The notes under the pieces are model-generated. The model ran no database searches, had not been told where the DNA came from, and saw only the letters and a program-made list of their open reading frames with translations. A DNA stretch of 62,264 nt, filler included, from Globobulimina sp. (taxonomy: Eukaryota), in assembly GCA_003354225.1 (NCBI GenBank). It is 26 parts of 26 records of this genome, joined end to end, with 100 filler letters (N's around TTAATTAATTAA, not from the genome) between each part and the next. Parts side by side here need not be neighbours in the genome. Positions count along the whole stretch, not along the records: positions 59,968 to 62,264 come from PIVH01007563.1; 25 more parts are not named here. One strand, written 5' to 3'. A program made the position numbers and the translations under genes. Positions 61,780 to 62,264 of the stretch are shown here, piece after piece; the stretch's first letter is position 1; every line of letters starts with the position of its first letter.

Positions 61780-62264
61780 ATGATCATGTCACCTATTCTT
61801 TTAATTCTCATTTCATTATTTATAATATCAAAATGCGATATAATATGGTACGACCCATTGAATTCAGCCAACGGTTCGCCAGTCAATTGGACAATAACCA
61901 ACAACGCCAACGTCGCCACACCATACAATATAACTGATGTCTGTCCAGCCAATACAAGCTGTTGGGAGTTCATGCAGCCTTCGTCTGCCTATCATATTGA
62001 GTCAACATTAAACTATTACAATCTCTCACTTTCATATTATGTATCTGCTTTCGACTTAGATGGCCAGGATGAATGTAACATATATTACAGCATCAATTCC
62101 ACCACGAATTGGATACAGATAGGTACGCCGTGGAAGACCAACACAAAATCGCCATTACTCACAATTAATCTCCCCGCAGATTCAGACAATAATACAGGTG
62201 TTGGGATACGATTAGAAGCCATTCACAAGAATGCAAACACCGACGATTGGTGTTATTTCAGTAA
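61780..62264 (+). CDS. Secreted glycoprotein with beta-sandwich-like domain, runs off the window
   Basis: Own translation: signal peptide MIMSPILLILISLFIISKC, then IIWYDP...CPANTSCW...DECNIYYS...GIRL...DWCYF with several N-x-S/T sites; missed by the ORF track. Confidence 0.75.
   Translation, partial: MIMSPILLILISLFIISKCDIIWYDPLNSANGSPVNWTITNNANVATPYNITDVCPANTSCWEFMQPSSAYHIESTLNYYNLSLSYYVSAFDLDGQDECNIYYSINSTTNWIQIGTPWKTNTKSPLLTINLPADSDNNTGVGIRLEAIHKNANTDDWCYFS

Noticed and set aside
61743-61973. Minus-strand 76-aa ORF, and similar short antisense or overlapping ORFs throughout the track
   Set aside because: Shadows of better-supported genes on the other strand or frame, with no motifs

Overview
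This window is not one locus. It is 26 unrelated, length-sorted contigs (2300 down to 2297 bp) joined by an artificial 100-nt linker (44 N + TTAATTAATTAA + 44 N), so gene neighbourhoods across linkers are meaningless. The DNA is AT-rich and eukaryotic, with short GT-AG introns (about 50-180 nt), very short intergenic gaps, many signalling/trafficking genes and frequent pseudogenes. The gene style suggests a rhizarian protist, probably a foraminiferan; this is inference, since no marker gene is present. Clear housekeeping genes include MON2, WDR46/UTP7, VPS28, COA5, CIAO2/FAM96, Ras, Arf-like, G-alpha, a STE20 kinase, HSPA12-like, an RCC1-repeat protein, an amino-acid permease and a nucleoside hydrolase. 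There are two LTR retrotransposon fragments (BEL/Pao and a decayed Ty3/Gypsy). The strongest leads are: (1) a ~30-aa helical module 'LxxG(Y/W)IR...IPxxIxxLxxx(F/Y)' found five times on four contigs and fused to kelch, RCC1, PDZ-like and Arf domains, a candidate lineage-expanded ubiquitin-ligase adaptor system; (2) a plant-type PLS/E-class PPR editing-factor-like gene; (3) a sphingomyelinase-D/PLD toxin homologue; (4) a gustatory-receptor-like 7TM channel; (5) a membrane-anchored bacterial-type HNH nuclease; (6) a covarying four-hairpin array in the Gypsy leader; (7) an inverted pair of paralogous coding segments of an unknown protein that differ almost only at synonymous sites. No rRNA, tRNA or CRISPR array was seen.
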